Below are positions 19,703 to 28,135 of a stretch of DNA of 64,000 bases, one piece after another. The stretch is from Candidatus Uhrbacteria bacterium (lineage in GTDB: Bacteria; Patescibacteriota; Patescibacteriia; UBA9934; GWF2-40-263). Location of the stretch: contig JACQSF010000005.1 of the NCBI GenBank assembly GCA_016206085.1, positions 1,337 to 65,336 on the forward strand, in the 5' to 3' direction. The position numbers and the translations under genes were made by a program. Within the stretch, counting starts at the first letter, position 1. Every line of letters starts with the position of its first letter. The notes below the pieces were generated by a model that had not been told where the DNA came from, did no database searches, and saw only the letters and a list, made by a program, of their open reading frames with translations.

Positions 19703-20299
19703 ATGCTGCCTCGAGTCCTCACAGTAGTCTTGTTCATCGCTATCATGGGCCTCCTGGTCGCCCAGCGCTTTTCGCTTCCGCCGTCTCTCCCCACTCAAAT
19801 CACGGCTGTATACGAGGAAAGTAATTATCACACCGGTGAGACTCTTAAGCGTGGTCAGTCCGTGGTCACACCAGGAAGTGGATACCTGGCAATTTCAATC
19901 GGCGAGAACATTCAGATCTTCATGGCCGCCAACACAGAGCTTACTCTTGAACGGTTGTACGAGAACGAAATGACCGTGCATCTGACCAAAGGGCGAATCC
20001 TTGTTGACGCGCAAGGCGATGTTCCTATCAAAGTGGAAACGAACTTTACTCAGCACCTCGTCCTTGAAGATATCGTCTCGTTTATCAACTACGATTTCCT
20101 AGAAACGGTTCACGTCGTTCCGATCTCCGGTTCAGTCCAAGTAAGCATCGACTCGGGCGAGAATCTTCTCACACCCGTTCCTCTCTCAATTCATGAAACC
20201 GACCCTGTGACATTCGAGAAACTCGAGGTCAACCTCGCCGCCGGCGATGCAGCTAAGTTCTACGAGTGGACGGGCACTCTTCCACAAGTAACAAAATAG
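19703..20299 (+). CDS. Membrane-anchored FecR-like domain protein
   Basis: N-terminal TM; 'LKRGQSVVT...IFMAANTELTL...LTKGRILV' FecR-like beta pattern. Confidence 0.55.
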   Translation: MLPRVLTVVLFIAIMGLLVAQRFSLPPSLPTQITAVYEESNYHTGETLKRGQSVVTPGSGYLAISIGENIQIFMAANTELTLERLYENEMTVHLTKGRILVDAQGDVPIKVETNFTQHLVLEDIVSFINYDFLETVHVVPISGSVQVSIDSGENLLTPVPLSIHETDPVTFEKLEVNLAAGDAAKFYEWTGTLPQVTK

Positions 20300-20344
20300 C
20301 AGCCTAGGAGGCTACTATTTTGTTGTCCACACAAACGTTTGACT

Positions 20345-21397
20345 TTAGTCGATGATGCCGCCTCCGAGAACTTTGTCCCCATCGTAGAAGACGATCGACT
20401 GACCGGGGGTAACGGCGCGTTGGGGATCCTTGAAAGTGACAACGACACGATCGATGCTAACCACCCCCAACCCCTCCTTAAAAAGGAGTGGGGTCGAAAT
20501 CGTGCAGTCCTGTAGCTCTTGGCGATAACGGATGCGAGCTTTGCACACACACGGAACCATCGGCTTCTCGAACCAGTTGAGATGCGAGGCGGTAAGTTCT
20601 GAACGGAAGAGGGCTGGGTGAAAGTTACTTGCGACGACCAGCTCATTCGTTACTGGTCGTTTCTCCACAACATAGTACGGCGTTCCGCCACCGATCCCAA
20701 GTCCTTCGCGCTGACCGAGTGTGTAAAACGCCAAACCCTCATGTGTGCCGATGACCTTTCCGTCGACCGTTACCACGTTGCCTGGATTCTTTGGAAGCCG
20801 TTCCTGCAGGAAGGTTCGCATATCTACTTCGCCGACGAAACAAATTCCCGTTGAGTCCTTCTTGTCCGCGACCTCAAGACCTAGTTCTCGCGCCTTTTCT
20901 CGTACTTGGGGCTTAGTCATTTCTCCAATGGGAAATAAGACTCGAGAGACAACGCCTGGCTTCATCGCCCATAAAAAATAACTTTGATCCTTGTTCTTGT
21001 CAGCTCCGGTATAGAGCTTTCCGTCGATGGACCGAGCGTAATGACCAGTCGCAACAAAGGCACAGCCTAAACGATCGGCCTCCTGAACGAAGCGATCAAA
21101 CTTTATGTACTTGTTGCACAAGACGTCTGGATTTGGGGTGCGTCCTGCCTCGAACTCGCGGAACATGTCGTCCACCACGGCCTCGCGATACTCTTTTTCA
21201 AAATCAAACGTCACAAACGGAATCCCAAGCTTGGCCGATACACGGGTGGCATCTCGCTGATCACGGCGCCAATCGCAGTTGGACCAATTCTTCATGAACG
21301 CACCGATCACCTCATACCCTTGTTCAATCAAAAGCGCCGCGGACACAGATGAGTCCACCCCGCCAGAGATGCCAACTAACACCTTGGGCTTGTTCAC
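20345..21397 (-). CDS. mnmA: tRNA 2-thiouridylase
   Basis: SGGVDSSV, TPNPDVLCN, ATGHYA, KDQSYFL, DSTGICF, PGQSIVFY. Confidence 0.97.
   Translation of the reverse strand: MNKPKVLVGISGGVDSSVSAALLIEQGYEVIGAFMKNWSNCDWRRDQRDATRVSAKLGIPFVTFDFEKEYREAVVDDMFREFEAGRTPNPDVLCNKYIKFDRFVQEADRLGCAFVATGHYARSIDGKLYTGADKNKDQSYFLWAMKPGVVSRVLFPIGEMTKPQVREKARELGLEVADKKDSTGICFVGEVDMRTFLQERLPKNPGNVVTVDGKVIGTHEGLAFYTLGQREGLGIGGGTPYYVVEKRPVTNELVVASNFHPALFRSELTASHLNWFEKPMVPCVCKARIRYRQELQDCTISTPLLFKEGLGVVSIDRVVVTFKDPQRAVTPGQSIVFYDGDKVLGGGIID
20458..20494. repeat. CCCCTCCTTAAAAAGGAG-type repeat inserted in-frame in mnmA
   Basis: Near-identical to the intergenic copy at 39488-39560; encodes TPLLFKEGLGVV. Confidence 0.8.
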
Positions 21398-21408
21398 AGA
21401 CGCACAAG

Positions 21409-22716
21409 CTACACGAGTTTAGCGAATTTGCCAACATCTTCCCGGTGCACGAAGAAATCTGTGAACTGGAGTTTCTCGTTATACTTTTGAAGAAGATCCG
21501 AGTACTGAAAGATCGGGACGAGGTCGTATCCGCTGATCTTTTTCTTTTTGACGAAAATCTTTTGGGTTTTCTCCGGCGCTTCGCCCAAGAAGGTCAATTC
21601 TTTCTTGATGGAATGTGTGAACCACTTGATCTTCGCCTTATCGCACATAGTTTTGAGCGCCTCGAGTGTGTCTCGATCTTCTGGTTTGACCACGTCGTGA
21701 AGACGCAAAATGCGTTTCGACGTCAGACGACTCATGAGATGCATGGACCAATAGTTCTCTTCACTTCGTGCCGCCGCGAACAATTGTTCGATCACGGCTC
21801 CGTCACGGAGCATTGCATAGGCATGAGGCTCTGTTGGAATCTGTAAATCGATTTCTCCTTGGATGATGGCCTGCTCGAGGTAGTGGGTGAATCCCATTTT
21901 TGTCTTGTGACAGTAGACCTGATCGATCATGTGATAACGCGCCAGTAAGAGATCCTCAAACGCGCGGACGCCATTCTCGGAAATGATGAACACGAGACCC
22001 CCATCATGTTCCTCCACCCCCATACTTGAGATGAGCCAGTCTATGTCATACTGCCCGTACGCCACGCCGCAAAAATAGCTATCGCGCAAAAGATAGTCCA
22101 TGCGGTCGCAATCAACCTCGCCGGAGATGAACCCCTTGAGAACTTTCTGCAAACTCGGGACACGAGACTCAAGCGTTGCTAGCCACGCAGAAGGACTCGC
22201 ATCAGTATGAATGAGCGAACAGATATCCTGCGCCATCTCTAATTCGAGAACTCGTTCGCTCGCAAGCGTTTGAATGAGCAAGACGCTATAGTCTTCGTGC
22301 ACGGCCTGTCGTTCTACAGACTCACCACGCCAGGCAGACCAATCGATTGGAAGATCACGGAGCTTTGGAAACACGATCTCAGAGGCGTGTGAAAATGGGC
22401 CATGACCGATATCGTGCAGGAGTCCAGCTAGTCTGACACGTTGACGAAGGCTCTCAACTTCCTCGCGTGTCAGGCGAAAAAAAACATCCGGGGCACTCTC
22501 AACCACGCGACCAAAAAGTCGACCCGCGACATGCATGGCACCAAGGGCATGGCTAAAACGGTCATGCACCGCTCCTGGGTAGACGTACGCCTGGATAAAC
22601 CCAAGCTGTGAAATAAATCTCAACCGTTGAAAAAACGGGTGGTCAATAATCCCCCGTTCAAATTCATTGAATGCAATACGCTTATGAACCGGATCGCGTA
22701 GTTCGTAATCACTCAT
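21409..22716 (-). CDS. HD-domain phosphohydrolase (SAMHD1/dNTPase-like)
   Basis: RDPVH, QRLRFISQLG, HDRFSH, LLHDIGHGPFSH, DRMDYLLRD. Confidence 0.88.
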   Translation of the reverse strand: MSDYELRDPVHKRIAFNEFERGIIDHPFFQRLRFISQLGFIQAYVYPGAVHDRFSHALGAMHVAGRLFGRVVESAPDVFFRLTREEVESLRQRVRLAGLLHDIGHGPFSHASEIVFPKLRDLPIDWSAWRGESVERQAVHEDYSVLLIQTLASERVLELEMAQDICSLIHTDASPSAWLATLESRVPSLQKVLKGFISGEVDCDRMDYLLRDSYFCGVAYGQYDIDWLISSMGVEEHDGGLVFIISENGVRAFEDLLLARYHMIDQVYCHKTKMGFTHYLEQAIIQGEIDLQIPTEPHAYAMLRDGAVIEQLFAAARSEENYWSMHLMSRLTSKRILRLHDVVKPEDRDTLEALKTMCDKAKIKWFTHSIKKELTFLGEAPEKTQKIFVKKKKISGYDLVPIFQYSDLLQKYNEKLQFTDFFVHREDVGKFAKLV

Positions 22717-22725
22717 AGAGGGTTG

Positions 22726-22798
22726 GGTCAGGCAATACATGAAAAAATTTCTTGCTGGCAAAGCCGGGCCAAGAAATATTTTCATGTACTGTCTGACC
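22726..22798. repeat. Long intergenic hairpin element, copy 1
   Basis: GGTCAG...CTGACC stem with a 23-nt core CTTGCTGGCAAAGCCGGGCCAAG identical to 42052-42127. Confidence 0.85.
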
Positions 22799-22802
22799 AC
22801 AA

Positions 22803-23600
22803 CTACAGTAGCAGGAGTATCGCGATACCGACAAGCACACGGAAAATGGCGAGCTCGCTGAAACTATATCTCTTGAGAAACTTCAGAAGGAACTTCACGG
22901 TAATAAACGCGCTAATCATGGCAACGATAAACCCCACAGCGAGCGGTAGCAAGGCGATGGTCTCCTCTCCGTTGACCACGCTGCCAAGTTTCAGGAATCC
23001 GGCGGCCGCAATCGTAGGGATCGAGAGGAGGAACGAGAAACGTGCGGCGGTCTCTCGAGAGAGTCCGGATGCCAGTCCCGCGGTCATGGTGATACCGGAG
23101 CGTGAGGTTCCAGGAATAATGGCAATCATTTGGGCAAATCCAATGAGGAACGCGCGCTTGAGTCCCACGCTTTGAGGACGGTCTTTTATTTCCTTCACGC
23201 GACGATCCACGAAGTAAAGCACGCTTCCCCAGACAATGAACGACCATGCGACTATTTCAACAGAACGAAATTCAATCTCAAAAACTTCCTGAAAAAGGAA
23301 ACCAACAAGAAGGACTGGGATCGTCGCAAGGGCCACCCAGGTCGCAAGTTTGCGCCAAGCCACAGAAGCTTCATCATGGGAAGGAACCAGAAGGGCACCA
23401 ATCATGGACTTCACCTCATGCCAAAGCACCGCTACAATCGCCACCAGCGTGGCGATGTGTAAGAATGCATCAAATGCGAGACTCTGAACATCCCATCCAA
23501 ACACTTCTGGAACAAGAATTAAAAAACCCGAGCTTGAGATCGGCAAAAATTCCGTGATGCCCTGGACCAGACCCAGGACAATCGCCTGTGTAACGGTCAT
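22803..23600 (-). CDS. uppP: Undecaprenyl-diphosphate phosphatase
   Basis: QGITEFLPISSSG, PGTSRSGIT, ARFSFLLSIP. Confidence 0.95.
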   Translation of the reverse strand: MTVTQAIVLGLVQGITEFLPISSSGFLILVPEVFGWDVQSLAFDAFLHIATLVAIVAVLWHEVKSMIGALLVPSHDEASVAWRKLATWVALATIPVLLVGFLFQEVFEIEFRSVEIVAWSFIVWGSVLYFVDRRVKEIKDRPQSVGLKRAFLIGFAQMIAIIPGTSRSGITMTAGLASGLSRETAARFSFLLSIPTIAAAGFLKLGSVVNGEETIALLPLAVGFIVAMISAFITVKFLLKFLKRYSFSELAIFRVLVGIAILLLL

Positions 23601-23601
23601 A

Positions 23602-25635
23602 TTAATCAAATCGAATCGTTTGGCCGGTGTGAAGCGTGCCTGTTTGATTTGTTGATTCGGACGTAACTTCGGGAGCCGAAGCCAGTTTTTTCTTCTTTCG
23701 TTTTCGTTTTCTTTTTTCCAATACGGTATCTCCACCTGAATTGATTGCCCTCGGAATCGTTTTCGTTGCTATTTCTGTTTTACGACGTTCACGAATTTTT
23801 GCTAAACAGTTCTCACAATAGAGCGGCCGTGATGGATCAAGTTTTACGCCTGCTTTAAACGCCGTACCACACTGATTGCAGATGTACTCATAGGTTTCCC
23901 CCCGCATCTCTTTTTTTCGTGGACGAATTTCTGCCTGCGTCGGTGTCTTCTGTCCCTCAAACAGCACCCCAAGATTCAAAGATGGTCCGTCGAGCGCTTC
24001 TTGTGTAGGTTCGGGTTTGGATTCTGGTCTTGATCCTTCCTGTGTGTGCGGCTTGTGAAGTGCCCCAAGGCTTATGGAGGGCTCCTCTGGTAATAACCTT
24101 ATTGGTTTCTCTTCCAGTGGTCTGGAAGGAGTTTCCAGAAACCTCCCTTTTTTTCCTTTCCGTTCCTCGCGAACGATGGCGATACAATCATCGCAATAAA
24201 TCGGACGTGATCGATCCAGTTCAACCGGAAGGACGATACCTGTTGCACATCGTGAACAGGTATATTCAAACCGAGGTTTCTTACTCTCTTTGGCCATCTT
24301 TTTCTTTTCAGCAGCCTCCTGCAGAAGCTCATCAACGTCGGCGTTCTCCATCCCGCTCCATTGTAAAACTTTTTCTTCTATTTCCACACGCGGTTTGGCG
24401 TAACGTTCGCGAGAAATTTTGATGACTTTTTGTTCTGATCCAGTTTTTTGAGAAATGGGCGGCAACGTGATCGCGGAGAATGGTTGACTTGTTACACCAT
24501 CAATCAACAGTTTAAGGTAGATGTTATATTTGGGGAGGTTGATAATGTCTTCAGGCGTAAATCGGGGCATGAATTCCGTTTCCATAAACGCGGCGTCTGG
24601 TGAACCAACACGGAACGTTATAATTGTTCCCACGTTTCCAAACACCGCGTCACGCACCGGCTCGGTTAGCTGCGCGATGTACTGATGAGCCATCGTCAAA
24701 CACAGGCGATACTTCCGAGCCTCAGAAAGGATGGAGGCGAACGACTCAACGGCGAAATTTTGAAACTCGTCAACGTAGAGGTAAAAATCTTTCCTCTCAT
24801 GCTCCAGTGTATCCACGCGTTCCATCGCGGCAAGCTGCATCTTGGTAATCAATAATCCACCCAGAAGCCGCGAGTTATCTTCACCGATACGACCTTTTGA
24901 GAGGTTAATGATGAAGATTTTTTGACTATCCATAATGTCCCGAACATTGATGGAGGACTTTACTTGCGCAACAATGTTTCGAATCACAACGGCTGACAGA
25001 AACTGTCCAATCTTATTTTGAATCGGAGCAACGGCCTCCTGGGCATATTTCTCATTGTAGGAAGCAAACTCAACCAGCCAGAACTGTTTCACGACAGGGT
25101 CCTTCACGTTTCCCACGATCCGTTTGCGAAAATCCGCATCCGATAACATGCGGTTAATGCCAAGCAATGTTTGCCCTGGCGAATCCATCAGAGCCAACAG
25201 GGTGTTATTCAAAATGTATTCCATACGACTGGACCACATATTCTCCCAAATTTTTTGAAACACTCCCATCATGCCTGAAACGACGAGATGTTTATGAGAT
25301 TCACTTACCGCCTCCAGAATATTGAATCCCACAGGGAAATCCATGTCCGCCGGATTAAAATATACGACGTCGTTGAGACGCCAACTGGGAATAAAGTCAA
25401 TGAGCCTTTCGGCTGTATCTCCATGCGGATCGACGTAGCAACAACCATGTCCAGCATAAATATCCGATAACATGAAATTTTCCAATAAGACCGTTTTGCC
25501 CATGCCTGTTTTTCCAATCACATACACATGCCGACGTCGGTCGTCAGTCCTGATTCCAAACTTTGTCATCTGATTACGGAAATTTGTCTTGGCGAAGTAG
25601 GTAACTTCGGTTTCGTGTTCGTGATTGTATGACAT
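23602..25635 (-). CDS. VirD4/TraG-like (HerA-FtsK superfamily) ATPase with two C-terminal CxxC-x17-CxxC zinc ribbons
   Basis: Walker A GKTGMGKT, DPHGD, Walker B YVDEFQN, SEARKY; CSRC-x17-CDDC and CNQC-x17-CENC. Confidence 0.85.
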   Translation of the reverse strand: MSYNHEHETEVTYFAKTNFRNQMTKFGIRTDDRRRHVYVIGKTGMGKTVLLENFMLSDIYAGHGCCYVDPHGDTAERLIDFIPSWRLNDVVYFNPADMDFPVGFNILEAVSESHKHLVVSGMMGVFQKIWENMWSSRMEYILNNTLLALMDSPGQTLLGINRMLSDADFRKRIVGNVKDPVVKQFWLVEFASYNEKYAQEAVAPIQNKIGQFLSAVVIRNIVAQVKSSINVRDIMDSQKIFIINLSKGRIGEDNSRLLGGLLITKMQLAAMERVDTLEHERKDFYLYVDEFQNFAVESFASILSEARKYRLCLTMAHQYIAQLTEPVRDAVFGNVGTIITFRVGSPDAAFMETEFMPRFTPEDIINLPKYNIYLKLLIDGVTSQPFSAITLPPISQKTGSEQKVIKISRERYAKPRVEIEEKVLQWSGMENADVDELLQEAAEKKKMAKESKKPRFEYTCSRCATGIVLPVELDRSRPIYCDDCIAIVREERKGKKGRFLETPSRPLEEKPIRLLPEEPSISLGALHKPHTQEGSRPESKPEPTQEALDGPSLNLGVLFEGQKTPTQAEIRPRKKEMRGETYEYICNQCGTAFKAGVKLDPSRPLYCENCLAKIRERRKTEIATKTIPRAINSGGDTVLEKRKRKRKKKKLASAPEVTSESTNQTGTLHTGQTIRFD

Positions 25636-25641
25636 GGGGGT

Positions 25642-27183
25642 CTAAATAGGGAGATTGGATGGAACGTCTTCTGACGGCGTTGCTTGTTCATCGTCAACCT
25701 CTAATTTTTTCGGCATGTGTGGGTGTGGCATGGCCTGAGAAAGTGGTTCATCGCTTACCGTTTCAGTCATCACAGGAAACGCTTGTCTGTCTGGTTCAGG
25801 TTCCATCCCAGGCGGCACGTATCCAGGCAATGTTTCCTCCAAGTACGTAATGGGAAGTCCAGAAGGCGGTTCCGCACGTTTTGATTCGCTCTTTTTGACC
25901 AGTGGAGCTTTGATGGTGATCGAGGGAAAGTGCCAAATCGTAGCCAATTCTTCCACATTCAAGAAAAACGGGTCAGCACCCACTCCCCAACTTCGTCGTT
26001 GATACGCAGACATCAGTCGACGTTGTTTTGTCGTGTAAAACCATCGCATCCAAAAATAGTCATCTTTAGGAACGGAAGGGACGTGAACAGTAAATTTGTT
26101 GAGGTTGAGGTTGGTAAGCTGGTTAAGAACCCCCTTCACGATCCCCGTTCGTTCCACTTTTACGAACGCATTTTTTCGAGCGACATACAGCACCCGAATC
26201 TTGCACCCAAGCCCGATCTTGGACGCTTTTCTGAGGATCGCTTCTGCTTCCTCCTTCTGGGCAATGGTCACCTTAAACGCCTTCCATTGATCCTCAACTT
26301 TTTCCTGCTCCTTTGATCCAAGCAGGCCACTCACATCCATCCCTATTGCCTCCTGAATAAGCCCTGCCGGCCAAGAAACGGTAGAATCAAGCGCCTCGAG
26401 AAAAAAACTTTTCTTTGCTTTCTCCTCAACACCGTACAATTTATTCACAAATTTGACACTCTTTTTCTGCCAATTGCTATCCGATGGTTGTACAAGAATC
26501 TGAATCCAAAAATGTTCTCCGGCACGCATCTTGGCGAGTTGTTCAAGCGTTACGCCAAGCGGATCCTTGATCTCCTGGGAAATTCGATCCTCAAAATCCA
26601 AATGCGTTCGAACAGGGTAAATCTGATCCCTGTCCAGTTTCATTTCGGCGCCCCACATTTCGTAGTCGTCATTGGGGAACTCGAAAGGATACTTCTTGGC
26701 ATAGTCCTCGACCTCTGAAATTTCTGCCTCAGGATAATTCGCGTAGACCCCCGCCTCAATCACGTCGCGAAACCGTGTTTGTGTACGAACCAAAAATTGG
26801 ATGTACCCTTCTGTAGAAATGATCTCAAACGCAAACACCGGATGAAGTTTCCCGTCCATCCACTTCTCCTTCCAGGTGATGGTGGACTTTGTAGCCATCA
26901 AAGAAGCAAAGAAATTTTCGAAGGCCTTGGGTGTCTGTTCGGTCATGCTGGGAACATCGATGGCAAGCACCGTGAACTTCATCTTGACTGAATATTTTCC
27001 CCGTCGATCATTGAGCCACATTTCAGCAAATCCCCAGCCCAGGGTGATGACGATGGGAATCCATCCAAACCAAATAAAAATCTCAAAAAGAATAACGTCA
27101 ATCGGCTGTGCAAAAAACGAGGAGCCACTGGAGGCGACCCCTGTTGCTTGGTGTGCGATGGGAATGACGAACAATGAAAGCAT
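25642..27183 (-). CDS. Membrane-anchored partner of the VirD4-like ATPase (CPR-type)
   Basis: N-terminal TM; 'FAFEIIS', 'YANYPEAEISEVEDY', 'LNVEELATIWHFP'; directly upstream of the ATPase. Confidence 0.65.
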   Translation of the reverse strand: MLSLFVIPIAHQATGVASSGSSFFAQPIDVILFEIFIWFGWIPIVITLGWGFAEMWLNDRRGKYSVKMKFTVLAIDVPSMTEQTPKAFENFFASLMATKSTITWKEKWMDGKLHPVFAFEIISTEGYIQFLVRTQTRFRDVIEAGVYANYPEAEISEVEDYAKKYPFEFPNDDYEMWGAEMKLDRDQIYPVRTHLDFEDRISQEIKDPLGVTLEQLAKMRAGEHFWIQILVQPSDSNWQKKSVKFVNKLYGVEEKAKKSFFLEALDSTVSWPAGLIQEAIGMDVSGLLGSKEQEKVEDQWKAFKVTIAQKEEAEAILRKASKIGLGCKIRVLYVARKNAFVKVERTGIVKGVLNQLTNLNLNKFTVHVPSVPKDDYFWMRWFYTTKQRRLMSAYQRRSWGVGADPFFLNVEELATIWHFPSITIKAPLVKKSESKRAEPPSGLPITYLEETLPGYVPPGMEPEPDRQAFPVMTETVSDEPLSQAMPHPHMPKKLEVDDEQATPSEDVPSNLPI

Positions 27184-27202
27184 ACAGACAAAACTAGTAT
27201 AT

Positions 27203-27229
27203 CAAAAAACTGGGTCTGCACCCAGTTTT
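27203..27229. terminator. Intrinsic terminator after secF
   Basis: AAAAAACTGGGT-CTGC-ACCCAGTTTTT. Confidence 0.65.
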
Positions 27230-27237
27230 TCTTTCTC

Positions 27238-28131
27238 CTAGGTGTTTTTTTGAGTACGCAAAGTCACAAGCAATGGACTTGCGATAAACACGGATGAGTA
27301 GGTTCCCACCAGGACTCCAATGAGCAGTAACATCGCAAACGGACGTGTGGATTCTCCCCCAAAGAGAAAGACCGCAAGGAGCGCCAGGAAAACAGTCACG
27401 GACGTATTGATGGAACGGGCAAGTGTTTGATCAATCGCGCGATCCACAATTTCCTCAAGATGCGTTGAGATTTTCAGTTTCAAGTTTTCGCGCGTTCGAT
27501 CCAACACCACCACACCGTCATTAATAGAGTATCCCAGAATCGTCAGGGCTCCCGCAACAAAGGCTGTATCCATCTCATACCCTAGAAAATGACCCAAGAT
27601 CGCAAAGACACCAATAGAAATCAGGAGGTCATGGAAGGTTTTGAGGACGGTCAGAATCGCGATCTTTTTTCCAGAGATAAGCGTTTCGTCAGCGCTTTTG
27701 AAGGACCAGGCAAGATACAACGCGATAAGCACAAGGCTTGTGCCAATTCCCCACAGGGCCATTTGGCGCAATTCTTTCCCAATGATGGGACCAATGGAAT
27801 CGAACTTGAGTTCCGTGATCGCTCCAAATGTCTGAGTAAGACTTCCCAGAAGGACTTGGTGTTCTTCCTCCGTGATGGTGCGGGTTCTGATGAGAACACT
27901 CTCTTGTGAGAGCTGAACAACCGCCTCGGTATGTCCGGCTGTGGCCAGAGCCTCATGTACGGCAGATTGCGTCGGAAGTGGATTCATGGAAACTTCCAGG
28001 AGTGAACCTCCGGTGAAATCGATCCCAGGTCGGAGTCCCCAAACAGTCAGAGCAACAATACTCAAAACACCTAGCGCGAGTGAGAACCCATACCAGGCCT
28101 TACGATGTTCAATAATGTGTAGCTTGATCAT
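27238..28131 (-). CDS. secF: Protein translocase subunit SecF
   Basis: GIDFTGGS, IGPIIGKEL, GYSIND, GTYSSVFIASP. Confidence 0.95.
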   Translation of the reverse strand: MIKLHIIEHRKAWYGFSLALGVLSIVALTVWGLRPGIDFTGGSLLEVSMNPLPTQSAVHEALATAGHTEAVVQLSQESVLIRTRTITEEEHQVLLGSLTQTFGAITELKFDSIGPIIGKELRQMALWGIGTSLVLIALYLAWSFKSADETLISGKKIAILTVLKTFHDLLISIGVFAILGHFLGYEMDTAFVAGALTILGYSINDGVVVLDRTRENLKLKISTHLEEIVDRAIDQTLARSINTSVTVFLALLAVFLFGGESTRPFAMLLLIGVLVGTYSSVFIASPLLVTLRTQKNT

Positions 28132-28135
28132 AACG

